DNA of 64,000 bases from Cyanophyceae cyanobacterium (GCA_050331735.1 JBHJGN010000077.1:1-64000), one strand, 5' to 3'; shown: positions 50,965 to 61,993, numbered from the stretch's first letter. Program-made: numbers and translations. The notes: a model not told the origin generated them from the letters alone.

Positions 50965-52164
50965 TTAATCAAAGGAAATCAGTTGCTCAGAATCTGCTCT
51001 CCCGTAAGAAACCGTATCGACGACTTCTCCTTGAGGACTAATCAACTCAACGGTATCGCCATCGTTATTAAGCGCCATGTCCTGTCCCTCACGGAGGAGC
51101 TGCCGCTGCTCTCCTGGCTGTAGGGTTCCTAGTAGATCTAATTGCCAAGTTAGTCCAGTGCGATCGCGCAGTTGCCATCCTGCTAGGTTAACCGCCTCCT
51201 GGCTGTTATTAACAAGAGTGGCGGCTTCGCGCAAAGATTCGTCTCCCTCTGGGTTGGGCAGCAGGGCAGCGATGCCGATATTGGGGGTAGCGTCAGCACC
51301 CCCGTTAGCAGTGCTGCTGACAACATCAACCTGAATTTGCGCAGCAACCGGATAATGGTCCGAGTATCCTCGTTCTTCTTTCTCACAAACGGGTTGCTCT
51401 TGAAACAAAATTTGTGACTCTGCCCGCCACTGCTTGGCCTCTCCCGCCAGAAACACAAAGTCTAGGATGCTGTCGAACCGCGAGTCGCACTGAGTTCCCG
51501 TTGGGGGACAAGTACCGCTGCTCAAACACGGTGGTTTTAGCCAAGTAAACGTATCGTCCTGGGTAAAAATTCGGTACGCCTCATTTCCCTCTTGGGTTTG
51601 AATAGAAACGTCAAAGTTGTAGTCACCAGCAGCAATCACGGGCAGAGTTTGCTCTCGCGCCCAATTACGCAGGTTCTCGGCCTGTCGCTGTCGCTTCTGT
51701 TCGTCGCCCCGGTTAAAGTGATTAACGGTAAACAGAAATTCCTGTTTGTTAGGTAAAAATTCAAAGCGCCCGACTAACGGGGAACGAGTGCCGCCGAAGC
51801 CAGAGAGTTCTTCACTCTCAATGAGCCGGAGGCGCTGCGGGTTAAACAGAATTTGTAGGCGATCGCTCCCTCCAGTTTCACTTATCCTCGATTCATAGTT
51901 GACTCCACTACGGGAAATAGCCTCCTGAAAGACCTGTGCATCTTCGTCACCTCTTACTTCCGATAACCCCCAGAGATCGGCTGGTTCAATCTGTTGAATA
52001 TCTTCAGCAACTTGTTGCGGATTGGTATCGTTGATATCGTCGGATTCAACGTTATAGCTAATAATCGTGAGCACATCAGTTGGTTGTGCCCAAACTGGCA
52101 GAGGCAAATTGAAGCTCACAACCAAAAAGCAAGCCATTGCTAGCACAAAGCGTTTCCAGACCAT
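50965..52164 (-). CDS. Secreted endonuclease/exonuclease/phosphatase-family protein with C-terminal lamin-tail domain
   Basis: Signal peptide, SYNVE, GDYN, LDFVF and SDHYPV; LTD-like PNPEG.E...VNLAGWQLRD...LNNDGD. Confidence 0.85.
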   Translation of the reverse strand: MVWKRFVLAMACFLVVSFNLPLPVWAQPTDVLTIISYNVESDDINDTNPQQVAEDIQQIEPADLWGLSEVRGDEDAQVFQEAISRSGVNYESRISETGGSDRLQILFNPQRLRLIESEELSGFGGTRSPLVGRFEFLPNKQEFLFTVNHFNRGDEQKRQRQAENLRNWAREQTLPVIAAGDYNFDVSIQTQEGNEAYRIFTQDDTFTWLKPPCLSSGTCPPTGTQCDSRFDSILDFVFLAGEAKQWRAESQILFQEQPVCEKEERGYSDHYPVAAQIQVDVVSSTANGGADATPNIGIAALLPNPEGDESLREAATLVNNSQEAVNLAGWQLRDRTGLTWQLDLLGTLQPGEQRQLLREGQDMALNNDGDTVELISPQGEVVDTVSYGRADSEQLISFD

Positions 52165-52455
52165 GATTAATCCTGATACAGTCATCAATTAGATACAGCT
52201 TGCCTCAACCCAATTTCGGATGCTTTACCAACTTCTCGCCTCCGAGGGGCGCTGTCAACGATAGGATTTAGCGATCGCGGTGTCATTACTAGCCAGTGTC
52301 AGTAAGCATCTCTGATCTGCTCTCCCAATTTGAAAATCAGCCATCCATGAGTGATGGCCTGTATGGAGAAGTGGCAAGCATTCAACGAGAGACTCCTCTG
52401 CCTAAAGACAGAGGAAAGCTTTCTGCCTCCTGCCTTTCCACTCCTGCCTCCTCAA

Positions 52456-52773
52456 CTATCCAGCAACGCTCTGAACTTTAGTCATGGTGACCGTGAGAAT
52501 GCCATCTACTAATTCAGCCCTCACGCGATCGCACTCAATCGGCATCGGTAGCGAAACCACACGCTGAAAATAACCGTGGTGCATCTCGCGGCACACCACA
52601 TCGTCCGGCGCACAGTCTCTTTCGCGGTGCTCTCCAGCAATCAAAATGGCTTCTGAACCGACTTGAACCTTCAACTCTTTTTTATTGATTCCAGGCAGTT
52701 CAGCCTTCAAAATAAGCTGAGAGTTTGTTTCTTGCAGATCAATGGCGGGGGTCCAAGAAGTGGTGCTTGTCAT
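52456..52773 (-). CDS. Small heat shock protein (Hsp20)
   Basis: WTPAIDL.E, AELPG, G.FQRVVSLP and DGILTV. Confidence 0.88.
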   Translation of the reverse strand: MTSTTSWTPAIDLQETNSQLILKAELPGINKKELKVQVGSEAILIAGEHRERDCAPDDVVCREMHHGYFQRVVSLPMPIECDRVRAELVDGILTVTMTKVQSVAG

Positions 52774-53074
52774 AGTTCCTCCGGTGCAGCTACGGGGGGC
52801 GCTGCTTTTCGTTTTACGTTCAATCTAAAAGAAAAGTGTGAGGAAACTGTGGGGATCGTCCGCTTCTAATCATCTGTATCCCGCCAATTTCTGGCCCGCT
52901 CCTGGTCTCCCACCTTCCGACCCAACCAGGTTCTCGCTCATTACACCTTCTCAGCCATCTCTACTCGTACCTCCATCGCTTCAGGAGCGAAGTCATCTAA
53001 ATCGTCAATATTCAGAATTTTTTAAGACTTATTCGTTAGCCTAAGCTACAAGTTTAAAATTAGTCTCTATCAAA

Positions 53075-54511
53075 ATGACATTTTTTCGCCGTCTCTTCGG
53101 TCGCATAAAGTTGTGGCGGCAAATCGATTCATCGTCTCTGCGGGTTAATCTTACTGTCGGTATTGCAGCGGTTTCAGCTATTGGATTAGGAAGCGTTGCT
53201 ATCTGGACTAGCTTGAGAATGCAGCATATTTTGATTTCGACTCAAAAGGAAAACGTGCGCTATATCGCCGATCGCTTTCCTCATGATGTAGAAATATACA
53301 TTGAAATGGTGTCTCTAAGGGCTGCCGTCCAAAGGGCGATCGACAATCTTACCTCTGGGAATACCGTCCTGTGGGTGAAAGCGCCAGACGGTGAAATCAT
53401 TGCTCGCTCTGCGGCGTTAGCGGTGGATAGCAACGAGTCGGCTTTACTCTCAGTCAGCCATGTTCCTCCTTATCTAGAGGTGGAAGTGGTTAACGGACGT
53501 TCTTGGCTGTTGTGTGTGGCTTCTTTAGAAGTGGATGGAGCAAACCTGGGTCGATTCTATATCGCCAGGGACGTTACAAACGATCAAATTATGTTTTCTG
53601 ATTTGATTCTTAATTTGAGCATCGCTAGTCTGATTGCCATTGTTTGTATGACCGTGGCAATTGCTCTCTACATCCGCAAATCTCTTCAGCCGCTCCACAA
53701 AATTAGTCAATTAACACAAATGATCTCCGCAGAACGTTTAGGAGAAGCTCATATTCAGCTAGAAAATGCCCCGAGCGAAGTCAGAGAATTGGCGCAAACC
53801 GTTGACAGTATGCTCGTTCGGTTATCAGAAGCTTGGGAACATCAGCGACAGTTGGTGAGTAACGTTTCCCACGAGTTACGCACTCCCCTCACCATTGTGT
53901 CCGGTTATTTACAGAGTACGCTGCGTCGCGGCGATAATCTCACCGAAACTCAGCGAGAATCGTTAGAGATGTCGGCTTCAGAAGCTCAGCGCACAATTCA
54001 ACTGCTGCAGGATTTGCTCGACCTGGCGCGGGCCGAAAGTGGCAGAATGCACTTGACGCTGCAACCGCTAGAAATTAATCAGATTGTGGCTGAAGTAGCG
54101 CAAGCCGCTAAACAATACAGCGATCGCCCGATCAAGGTGGAAATTAGTCCTCATCCGATTTGGGTAAAGGTCGATGGCAACCGTCTCAAACAAGTCCTTC
54201 TCAATCTGGTTGATAATGCCGTCAAGTACTCGGATCTTCAGCCGATTACGGTTAAGCTGGCAGAAGCAGACAAAACAGCGATTGTACAGGTATGCGATCG
54301 CGGGGTGGGGATTGCTCTCGCGCAGCAGGCCCGAATTTTTGAGCGGTTTTATCGCGTTGATGAAGCCCGGAACCGAGCAGGCGGGACGGGTTTAGGATTA
54401 TCAATTGTCAAAGTTCTTGTCGAAGGCATGGGCGGGACAGTGGCTGTTCGCTCCCAGCTCGGTGAGGGCAGTACTTTTACCGTGACTTTTCCAACGGTTA
54501 ATCGCCTGTAA
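53075..54511 (+). CDS. Membrane sensor histidine kinase (HAMP-HisKA-HATPase); no response regulator in the window
   Basis: Two TM helices, SHELRTPL, NLVDNAVKY, DRGVG and GTGLGL. Confidence 0.93.
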   Translation: MTFFRRLFGRIKLWRQIDSSSLRVNLTVGIAAVSAIGLGSVAIWTSLRMQHILISTQKENVRYIADRFPHDVEIYIEMVSLRAAVQRAIDNLTSGNTVLWVKAPDGEIIARSAALAVDSNESALLSVSHVPPYLEVEVVNGRSWLLCVASLEVDGANLGRFYIARDVTNDQIMFSDLILNLSIASLIAIVCMTVAIALYIRKSLQPLHKISQLTQMISAERLGEAHIQLENAPSEVRELAQTVDSMLVRLSEAWEHQRQLVSNVSHELRTPLTIVSGYLQSTLRRGDNLTETQRESLEMSASEAQRTIQLLQDLLDLARAESGRMHLTLQPLEINQIVAEVAQAAKQYSDRPIKVEISPHPIWVKVDGNRLKQVLLNLVDNAVKYSDLQPITVKLAEADKTAIVQVCDRGVGIALAQQARIFERFYRVDEARNRAGGTGLGLSIVKVLVEGMGGTVAVRSQLGEGSTFTVTFPTVNRL

Positions 54512-54828
54512 TCTGCTTTGACTGGCGCGCTTGCTTGTGCTGACAATGGTTAAGTAACTCAGCTCGGATTTAATTGGGCAGTTTCAGTAGCGAGTCGATG
54601 GTGATATTGCTTGCCAAAACCCGACTCCCTTTTCCCTCGGCGATAGCTGACAATCTCGGTTAAGTCGCGAACAAAGGTGCAGGTCTCAAGATTTTCTTCA
54701 GTAAAACCAATTCTGTTTTTAAAATAGGTTGTGCTGATCGTTCAGCTCAAATTTAGGGAACTCTTGCAAAAAGAGACGTTCTTCGCGATAAAAAGCCTTA
54801 CTCTTTAAACAGACTTCTAATTGACGCT

Positions 54829-55992
54829 ATGACTTCCACGACCGTAAAAGTTCCTTTTGTCGATCTCTCTCTCCAGCATCACCCGATCCATTCTCGCCTA
54901 GAACAGGCAATGCTGGAGGTCGTTCGGCAGGGAGACTTTATCTTAGGTCAGGCGTTAACCGAATTTGAAACAGCGTTTGCTCAGGCTTGTGGAGTGGAGT
55001 ACGGCGTGGGAGTGGCTTCGGGAACCAGTGCGATCGCTCTCGGTCTCCAGGCCTGCGGAATCGGAGTCGGTGATGAAGTGCTGATTCCGACGAATACCTT
55101 TATCGCCACCGTCATTGGCGCACTCCAGGCCGGAGCTACGCCCATTTTAGTTGATTGCGACCCCCATACGGCCCTGATCGATTTAGAAGCTGCCGCTCAA
55201 GCGGTTACCTCCAGAACCAAAGCCGTGATTCCTGTGCATCTCTACGGGCAGATGGTCTCCCCGCGTCAGCTTCTCGATTTTGCCGATACCTACAATCTGC
55301 TCGTCTTTGAGGATGCGGCTCAAGCGCATTTGGCTTATCGAGAAGGGTTTCGCTCTGGCAGCGTCGGAACGGCGGCTGCTTTTAGCTTTTATCCCAGCAA
55401 AAATTTAGGGGCGTTTGGTAACGGAGGCATGTTGGTCACTGGGGATGAGGCTCTGGCTAAAAAGGTGCGCAGTCTCCGCAATTACGGCGCTCCCCAAAAA
55501 TATTTTCATACCGAACCGGGAACCAACAGCCGTCTAGATACGATTCAGGCGGCTGTCCTCAAGGTGAAGCTGCCTTACCTGCCTCAGTGGAATGAAGCCC
55601 GCTATCGGGCAGCGCAGCAGTACGACCGTTCCTTGAAATTGACCCAACATTTTCTAAGCGCCATCGAGAACCAAAGCGGCAGTGGCCACGTCTATCATTT
55701 ATACGTTGTTCAACTCCATCCCGAAAGAGATCGTCAAGTCATTCAAGAGCAACTCGCCTCTCGCGGTATCCAAACCGGCATTCACTATCCCGTTCCCTGC
55801 CACCTGCAGCCGGCCTACAAATATCTCGGCTATCGGCTTGGTGACTTTCCCTGCGCCGAAGCCCTGAGTAACCGAATTTTTTCCTTACCAATGTATCCTG
55901 GCATCAGCGATCACCAAATCCAGTTTGTTTGCGAGCAGCTCTCTCTCTTGAGCGACTCTTTCCTCGGTTGTCAAAATCAAACAATTGTTTAA
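54829..55992 (+). CDS. DegT/DnrJ/EryC1/StrS sugar aminotransferase
   Basis: PVHLYG, EDAAQAH, SFYPSKNLG and NSRLD. Confidence 0.94.
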   Translation: MTSTTVKVPFVDLSLQHHPIHSRLEQAMLEVVRQGDFILGQALTEFETAFAQACGVEYGVGVASGTSAIALGLQACGIGVGDEVLIPTNTFIATVIGALQAGATPILVDCDPHTALIDLEAAAQAVTSRTKAVIPVHLYGQMVSPRQLLDFADTYNLLVFEDAAQAHLAYREGFRSGSVGTAAAFSFYPSKNLGAFGNGGMLVTGDEALAKKVRSLRNYGAPQKYFHTEPGTNSRLDTIQAAVLKVKLPYLPQWNEARYRAAQQYDRSLKLTQHFLSAIENQSGSGHVYHLYVVQLHPERDRQVIQEQLASRGIQTGIHYPVPCHLQPAYKYLGYRLGDFPCAEALSNRIFSLPMYPGISDHQIQFVCEQLSLLSDSFLGCQNQTIV

Positions 55993-56030
55993 TACTCGTC
56001 AGTACAGGCTCTCTAACCCCGGTTAATATC

Positions 56031-56903
56031 GTGCAAACTCGTAAGCTATCTCTCGTCTCGCAAAACTGGCTCAACTTCCTCATTTTGGCTTGTTTGGTGT
56101 TGCTATATGCTCCAGTTCTGGTTCACTGGTACGATGGCTGGCTTAATAAAACTATCGGCATCGAGCACGAGTACTTTAGTCACGGCATTATTGGATTACC
56201 GTTTGCTGGCTACCTGAGCTGGATCAACCGCAAGAAATGGCGACGACTTCCCAATCAGGCTCACCCTTTCGGTGCCGGATTGCTGGTGGTGGGAGCCGCC
56301 ATGTACTTGACGGGAACTCCGCAGCTAGTTAACTTGTCTTTCCCCGCGCTCTTGAGCGGGTTAGTTCTGTGGCTTAAGGGAGTCCCTGGCTTGCAGATGC
56401 ACAGCATTCCGCTGCTGTTGGTGCTGCTGGCTACGCCAAACGCCATTCCCTACCTGATTACGCCCTATACGCTGCCGCTTCAGCAGTTTATTGCCGGAAC
56501 TGCCGCGTTTATTTTGCTTCAGTTTGGTCTGGAGGTATCGGTACAGGAAATCTACTTAACAGTCGGTGGCCGGATTGTTGAGGTCGCTCCCTACTGTGCT
56601 GGATTAAAGATGCTGTTTACGAGCCTTTATGTCGCTTTTATGCTGCTCTGCTGGACAGACAATCTCGGCGATCGCCATAAGATGACGCTGCTTTTGAGCG
56701 GCACTGCGATCATTGCCGTTATTTCTAACATCCTGCGCAATACTCTCTTGACGTTCTTCTACGGAACGGGTCAAGAAGAGCTATTTCACTGGCTCCACGA
56801 TAGCTGGGGCGGCGACCTCTATTTGGCTGGAACCCTCGGTTCCATTATCCTCCTGCTCAAGGTTCTAGATTCAGGCCCGCTAGACTCTCCGCGCACCCCC
56901 TAA
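56031..56903 (+). CDS. Cyanoexosortase B
   Basis: EHEYFSHG, VEVAPYCAGLKML, NILR and WLHD; start uncertain (GTG 56031). Confidence 0.88.
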   Translation: MQTRKLSLVSQNWLNFLILACLVLLYAPVLVHWYDGWLNKTIGIEHEYFSHGIIGLPFAGYLSWINRKKWRRLPNQAHPFGAGLLVVGAAMYLTGTPQLVNLSFPALLSGLVLWLKGVPGLQMHSIPLLLVLLATPNAIPYLITPYTLPLQQFIAGTAAFILLQFGLEVSVQEIYLTVGGRIVEVAPYCAGLKMLFTSLYVAFMLLCWTDNLGDRHKMTLLLSGTAIIAVISNILRNTLLTFFYGTGQEELFHWLHDSWGGDLYLAGTLGSIILLLKVLDSGPLDSPRTP

Positions 56904-56917
56904 GCTCTTTCGGAACA

Positions 56918-57616
56918 ATGGAAACTCCCAAATCTCGCCCCTCAAGCTTTCCTCGGCTTAAAGGTCGCTCTCGCTTAGCCCTAGCACTGCTGTTAGCGCT
57001 GTTGCTGGGCATCGCCGCTGTTCCTGGCTACTTGTCGGGAAACTGGCTATGGTCAGACCTTCCCGAGACTGATTTAACGGCGGTCAGAGCCCTTAAACAA
57101 GGACTATCGCTACCGGGTTGGGAAACCATCGACCAGGCCACTGTCCGAATCGGAAGTCACCAATGGTCTGCTCAGTTAATGAGCAACGCAGAGCAACAGG
57201 CGACGCTGTTTCTCTTACCTCAGACCTACTATCGCAATCAGCCAGAAGTAGAGTGGATGGATGTTCGGGGAGCAGAGCGCTGGAAAACAGATTCCTCCCA
57301 GACTTTGCAGTTTTCTCTACCCCAAACCAACACGGTGACGGCGCACTTTTTTCGCGCCTGGAATCAGCGAAATACCTTTGCCGTAGTACAATGGTACGCC
57401 TGGCCCAGCGGCGGGCACTACGCTCCGGCGCGCTGGTTTTGGCTCGATCAGCAGGCTCAACTAAAGCGACAGCGCGTTCCTTGGGTGGCCGTTTATCTGA
57501 AAATACCGATTACTCCCCTGGGAGAGTTAGAGGCTGAGCGTACTCAAGCAGAATCGTTAGCCAAAACGGTGCAGTTAGCGCTGCTTGCTGGTCCGTTGCA
57601 GCCTCCCGCTCCCTAA
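56918..57616 (+). CDS. Cyanoexosortase B system-associated protein
   Basis: PGYL.G.W, PEVEWMD, QWYAWP.GG and RVPWVAV; lies directly after the exosortase. Confidence 0.82.
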   Translation: METPKSRPSSFPRLKGRSRLALALLLALLLGIAAVPGYLSGNWLWSDLPETDLTAVRALKQGLSLPGWETIDQATVRIGSHQWSAQLMSNAEQQATLFLLPQTYYRNQPEVEWMDVRGAERWKTDSSQTLQFSLPQTNTVTAHFFRAWNQRNTFAVVQWYAWPSGGHYAPARWFWLDQQAQLKRQRVPWVAVYLKIPITPLGELEAERTQAESLAKTVQLALLAGPLQPPAP

Positions 57617-57642
57617 CTGATGTTTACGCTTCCGTTGAGTAA

Positions 57643-58857
57643 ATGATGTTTAACTTACGACAGCGAGTCGCCCTGTCTCTAGCTAGCTTCCTGGCTTCCA
57701 GTCCTGGATTAGGAGCGCTCGCGGTGATTGGGGAGCCTAGCGTGGCTCAAACGCCGCCAACGGTTCCTACCCTAGAACCGCCTTCCTCCATCGAGCAACC
57801 GCCACAGCCCGCGCCGCTGGTGCCTCTGCCCACCGCTCCTGACTCCTCTCCTCCTGAAACCTTTAGCCCAATTAATCCTCCCCCACGGGGATTTGAGCCC
57901 GAGCCCTTTGAAGAAACTATTCTCAACGAATTTACAATTTACCGTCTGGACGTTGGCGATGCGATCGCCGTTCGCGTTGAAGACTTTCCCGAGTTTAATT
58001 TCAATAGCGTTGTCGATCTCGATGGCAACGTCATTGTCCCGGTATTGGGGGAAGTTTCGGTCCTGGGGCTCACCTTAGAAGAGGTCGAAACAAAACTTGC
58101 CTTTGAGCTGAATCGGGCTTTTTTAAGAGAAAGACCAGAAGTCATTGCAACCCTGTCCGGTGTGCGACCGGTAGAGGTGACGATTGCCGGAGAGGTTGTC
58201 AGACCCGGTTTCTATACGGTCGGTCCTGCGTCTCGGCTGAACCAGGTGCTAACAGTGGCTGGGGGCAGTACAGAGAAGGCAGATTTGCGAAGAATTATCG
58301 TCCGCCGTCCGCTGCCTGATGGCTCTACCATCGAAACCAGTGTTGACCTCTATACTCCACTACAGTCGGCTACCAGTTTACCATTCGTCCGCCTTCAGGG
58401 AGGGGACACGATTATTGTCTCTCGATTAGAAGTAGGAGCCGATGAAGACTATGATACAACCCTCATCGCTCGCTCTAACTTACCTCAGCAGCAGATTCGA
58501 GTGCGGGTTTTAGTTCCTGCACGTACCGGAACAGCTCTGCGAAGCGTGGCTTTACAAAGCGGCAGTACTTTTCTTGATGTGGTGGCCTCTCTTCCATCGC
58601 AGGAGCCTCTGCTGGTCGATCGGGACGTCGCGCTGCTGCGCTTCGATCCTGAGAGAGGGCAAATTGTGACCCAAGAGCTAGATGCTGAGGCCGCGATCAA
58701 AGGAGATGTGTCTCAAGATGTACCGCTGCGAGACGAAGACCTGATCGTGGTCAGCCGGACCTTATTAGGCGAAATCTTCAACGCCTTTGACACGATTACT
58801 CGACCCATCCGGACCTTCTTCGGGTTTAGACGTTTCATTGAAAATATTGTTGACTAA
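57643..58857 (+). CDS. Wza-like polysaccharide export protein with SLBB domains
   Basis: YRLDVGDAI, DGNVIVPVLG and GEVVRPG. Confidence 0.88.
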   Translation: MMFNLRQRVALSLASFLASSPGLGALAVIGEPSVAQTPPTVPTLEPPSSIEQPPQPAPLVPLPTAPDSSPPETFSPINPPPRGFEPEPFEETILNEFTIYRLDVGDAIAVRVEDFPEFNFNSVVDLDGNVIVPVLGEVSVLGLTLEEVETKLAFELNRAFLRERPEVIATLSGVRPVEVTIAGEVVRPGFYTVGPASRLNQVLTVAGGSTEKADLRRIIVRRPLPDGSTIETSVDLYTPLQSATSLPFVRLQGGDTIIVSRLEVGADEDYDTTLIARSNLPQQQIRVRVLVPARTGTALRSVALQSGSTFLDVVASLPSQEPLLVDRDVALLRFDPERGQIVTQELDAEAAIKGDVSQDVPLRDEDLIVVSRTLLGEIFNAFDTITRPIRTFFGFRRFIENIVD

Positions 58858-59081
58858 GGCGGGAGCAATTCGGGACAGAAATCGAGTAAATTAATCTTAA
58901 TAAACCTGATTAAATTGACCACGATTAGAACCAGCAGCAGCAATCGCCCCAGCAGATTGACCTAATATTTGTCCAAAAGCACGAAAAAATTTATAACATT
59001 AAGGATGAGCTGCATCCAATTTAGTTCATTAAGCTTTAGATTAGCTTCAAACCAAGATAATATTCGCTGCCCATAACTGCT

Positions 59082-61250
59082 ATGAGTCCACCGATCGTTA
59101 AGCGCTTTCTCATTGCTCTGGAAGAAAATAAGCTGCTAGGATTACTGGTCTTTCTCCTTTGTCTAGGAGTATCTGGGATTGTGGCTCTCCAGCCGCCACC
59201 CCCCGAACCCAGACCGGTCTTCCGAGCAACCGGAGCCCTGGCTCCCACGAACGCTACGCCTGCTTTTACCAGCACGGGAAATCAGCTTCAGGAACGAGGA
59301 AAGAGAATTACTCAAAGTATGCTGCTAGCCCCGCGAGTGCTGAGAGAGGTGTCTGAGCAGTTGGATATTGCTCCCCAAGAAATGAGAAGTCTGCTCCAGA
59401 ACAAGCTGATTATTGACTTTCCGGCAGAAGAGTCTGAATCTAACCAAATTACTCTCAACTACAACGATGCCAATCCAGAAGAGGCAGAAATTGTTCTGGA
59501 AACGTTTATGGACGAGATGATCGAGTATAGCCGCTGGCTCAATACTTCGCAGTTACGCACGAGAATTGAAGCCCTTGAAGAGCGCTTAACTCAGGTCCAG
59601 CAGGATCTGATTGCTGCAGAGGAAACCTTCTATCGGTATATTAGCGGAGAAGGCTCATCACTCCTAGCGGTTCAAGACGGAAGTTTATTTAACGGAATTA
59701 CCAACAGTCAGCGACGGCAGCGCGACCTCCGGGTTGCTCTTGAAGGCATCGATGGCGAAATCAGTACCCTGGTGGCTCAGCTCGGGTTGACCCCCGAGCA
59801 AGCCTATACCTCTGCCGCTCTCAGCGCCGACCCAATTATTAGTAACCTCCGCTCTCAGCTCTTGAATTTGGAGCTACAGCTAGAGCGTTTGCGGCAGGAC
59901 TACAAACCAGAAGCTCCCAGAGTGGTAGATTTACGCAAGCAGCAGCGGGTGACGGAACAACTTCTCCAGCAGCGAGCCTCAGAAGTCATTGGCGATGATG
60001 GCATTCTCACGCCGCTTCCCAGAATTCGCCAGGAGAGTAATTTAGATCCGGCTCGGCGAGAACTGGCAAACCGCCTAATCGCTCTTCAAAGCCAGCGCGA
60101 GAACCTTATTCAGCAACTGCAAACGGTCGAAGATACCGAATTGGGACTGCGGCAGCAGTACGAACAGTTTCCTGATAAGCAGGTTGAGCAAGCGCGGCTA
60201 GTTCAGGCGGTAGAAAGCCAGCGCATTCTATATCAAACAATCTTGTCGGCGCTAGTAGATGCGCGTTCTGCTGAAGCAGAAACGCTGAGCTCCCTGGCGA
60301 CTGCTCAGCCACCAACTGTGTCTAGGGTCAGACCCAATCCTCCCCCCGATAGGAATCCAGTTTTAATTATTGGGGCTGGCGCTGGTGTTGGCGTCCTCGC
60401 CGCTGCGGGCGTACTCTTTTTACTAGCAACGGTGGACGATCGCCTGCACACCGAACAGGAGCTCCAGCAGGTTCTCTCCGAACGAGAAGTGCTGCTTCTG
60501 GGGCAACTGCCGTTTATTCTCAGCTACGACGATTGGGGACGGGAAACTCCCATCCTGCTAGATTCTGATTCCAACTATCTGTCTTTTTACGAACGAGTCC
60601 GCAGCAATATTCGCCGTCTTGGCGAAGAGCCAGCCAAAGTCGTCCTAGTGACGAGTGCCTCCGACGGCGAGGGCAAGAGCGTTAGCGCCTATAATCTAGC
60701 GATCGCCTCTGCCCATGCTGGTAAACGAACGCTGCTGATTGAAGCCGATTTGCGCTCGCCCTCCAAAGCGCAATCGCTGAACGTTGAACCCGACTCAGAG
60801 GCCAGAATTGAACCCCTGCGCTACTATGCGTCTCGCAGCGATTCCATTACCCTCGTTCCAGAAGTTGAAAATCTCTACGTCCTGCCTAGCTGTGGACCGC
60901 AGCGGCAGGCAGCGGCAATCATCGAATCGAGCGAACTCCAGCGCTTACTTAGAGACGCTCGCGGTCGCTTTGATATGGTCATTATTGATAGCCCCTCCCT
61001 GTCTCGCTGCAATGATGCCTTGCTGCTAGAGCCGCTCACCGATGGACTTGTGCTAGTCACTCGACCGGGAACCACTCGCAGCAGCCTGCTCGGAGAAGCG
61101 ATTGAGCAGTTTATAGAAGCAGAACTCCCGCTACTCGGAGCGGTCATTAACGATGTCGATACTCTCGTGTCTCCATCGGAGCTCGTCACTGAAGAACCGG
61201 AAACGACAGAGGAAGATTCTGTTAATCCCCCAGTCGGGACAAGAGCCTGA
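59082..61250 (+). CDS. Wzc/GumC-like polysaccharide co-polymerase with BY-kinase domain
   Basis: TM - coiled coil - TM, then DGEGKS, EADLR and IIDSP. Confidence 0.88.
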   Translation: MSPPIVKRFLIALEENKLLGLLVFLLCLGVSGIVALQPPPPEPRPVFRATGALAPTNATPAFTSTGNQLQERGKRITQSMLLAPRVLREVSEQLDIAPQEMRSLLQNKLIIDFPAEESESNQITLNYNDANPEEAEIVLETFMDEMIEYSRWLNTSQLRTRIEALEERLTQVQQDLIAAEETFYRYISGEGSSLLAVQDGSLFNGITNSQRRQRDLRVALEGIDGEISTLVAQLGLTPEQAYTSAALSADPIISNLRSQLLNLELQLERLRQDYKPEAPRVVDLRKQQRVTEQLLQQRASEVIGDDGILTPLPRIRQESNLDPARRELANRLIALQSQRENLIQQLQTVEDTELGLRQQYEQFPDKQVEQARLVQAVESQRILYQTILSALVDARSAEAETLSSLATAQPPTVSRVRPNPPPDRNPVLIIGAGAGVGVLAAAGVLFLLATVDDRLHTEQELQQVLSEREVLLLGQLPFILSYDDWGRETPILLDSDSNYLSFYERVRSNIRRLGEEPAKVVLVTSASDGEGKSVSAYNLAIASAHAGKRTLLIEADLRSPSKAQSLNVEPDSEARIEPLRYYASRSDSITLVPEVENLYVLPSCGPQRQAAAIIESSELQRLLRDARGRFDMVIIDSPSLSRCNDALLLEPLTDGLVLVTRPGTTRSSLLGEAIEQFIEAELPLLGAVINDVDTLVSPSELVTEEPETTEEDSVNPPVGTRA

Positions 61251-61303
61251 TGTCAGTAACCAGCAACTAGTAACCGACGTCATGACGTTACCCTGATCGC
61301 TGT

Positions 61304-61993
61304 TTACTGATCGTTGAACAAACCGAGCAAAGGGCCCAGAAGAACTCCAAACACAAATCCTCCCGCATGGGCCCAGTAAGCAATGCCGCCAGCGTCAATA
61401 TCGCTGGTGGCACCGAGGCTAGCAACGCCGCTCAAAGCCTGCTGCACAAACCAAAAGCCTAGAAAAAAGACGGCTGGAATTCTCAAGGTGGTAATGAAGA
61501 AGCCTAGGGGAACAAGCGTCAGGATGCGCGCCTGCGGGAAACGAATAATGTAGGCTCCCATGACTCCGGCGATCGCTCCACTCGCTCCGAGGGAGGGAAC
61601 GCCTGACTGCATGCTGAAAAACCACTGGGCAAGGGCGGCTAACGCCCCACAGAGCAGGTAGAAAATAATATATCGGAAGTGTCCTAGCCGGTCTTCGATG
61701 TTGTTGCCAAACACCCAGAGAAACAGCATATTTCCGCCAATATGCATCAAGCCACCGTGAAGAAACTGGGAAGTAAATAGGGTCAACCATTCCGGCACGG
61801 GCTGGTTAATGTTGTCTCCTCCAAAGCTGGCGCTCAGTTCTTCGGGAACAACGGCGTAGAGCTGAAAAAAAGCGTTTAACTGCTGAGAGTTGAGGCTCAG
61901 CTCGTGAAAAAAAACCACCACGTTAATGGCTATTAGCGCATAGGTAACGTAAGGAGTGATTCTGGTGGGATTGTCGTCGTGAAGAGGAACCAA
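61304..61993 (-). CDS. Rhomboid intramembrane protease
   Basis: FLHGG.MH..GNM, GASG and AHAGG; TTG start. Confidence 0.92.
   Translation of the reverse strand: MVPLHDDNPTRITPYVTYALIAINVVVFFHELSLNSQQLNAFFQLYAVVPEELSASFGGDNINQPVPEWLTLFTSQFLHGGLMHIGGNMLFLWVFGNNIEDRLGHFRYIIFYLLCGALAALAQWFFSMQSGVPSLGASGAIAGVMGAYIIRFPQARILTLVPLGFFITTLRIPAVFFLGFWFVQQALSGVASLGATSDIDAGGIAYWAHAGGFVFGVLLGPLLGLFNDQ

Noticed and set aside
52296..52481. 61-aa ORF as a real gene or regulator remnant
   Set aside because: It runs into CTGCCT short repeats and shows no convincing family motif
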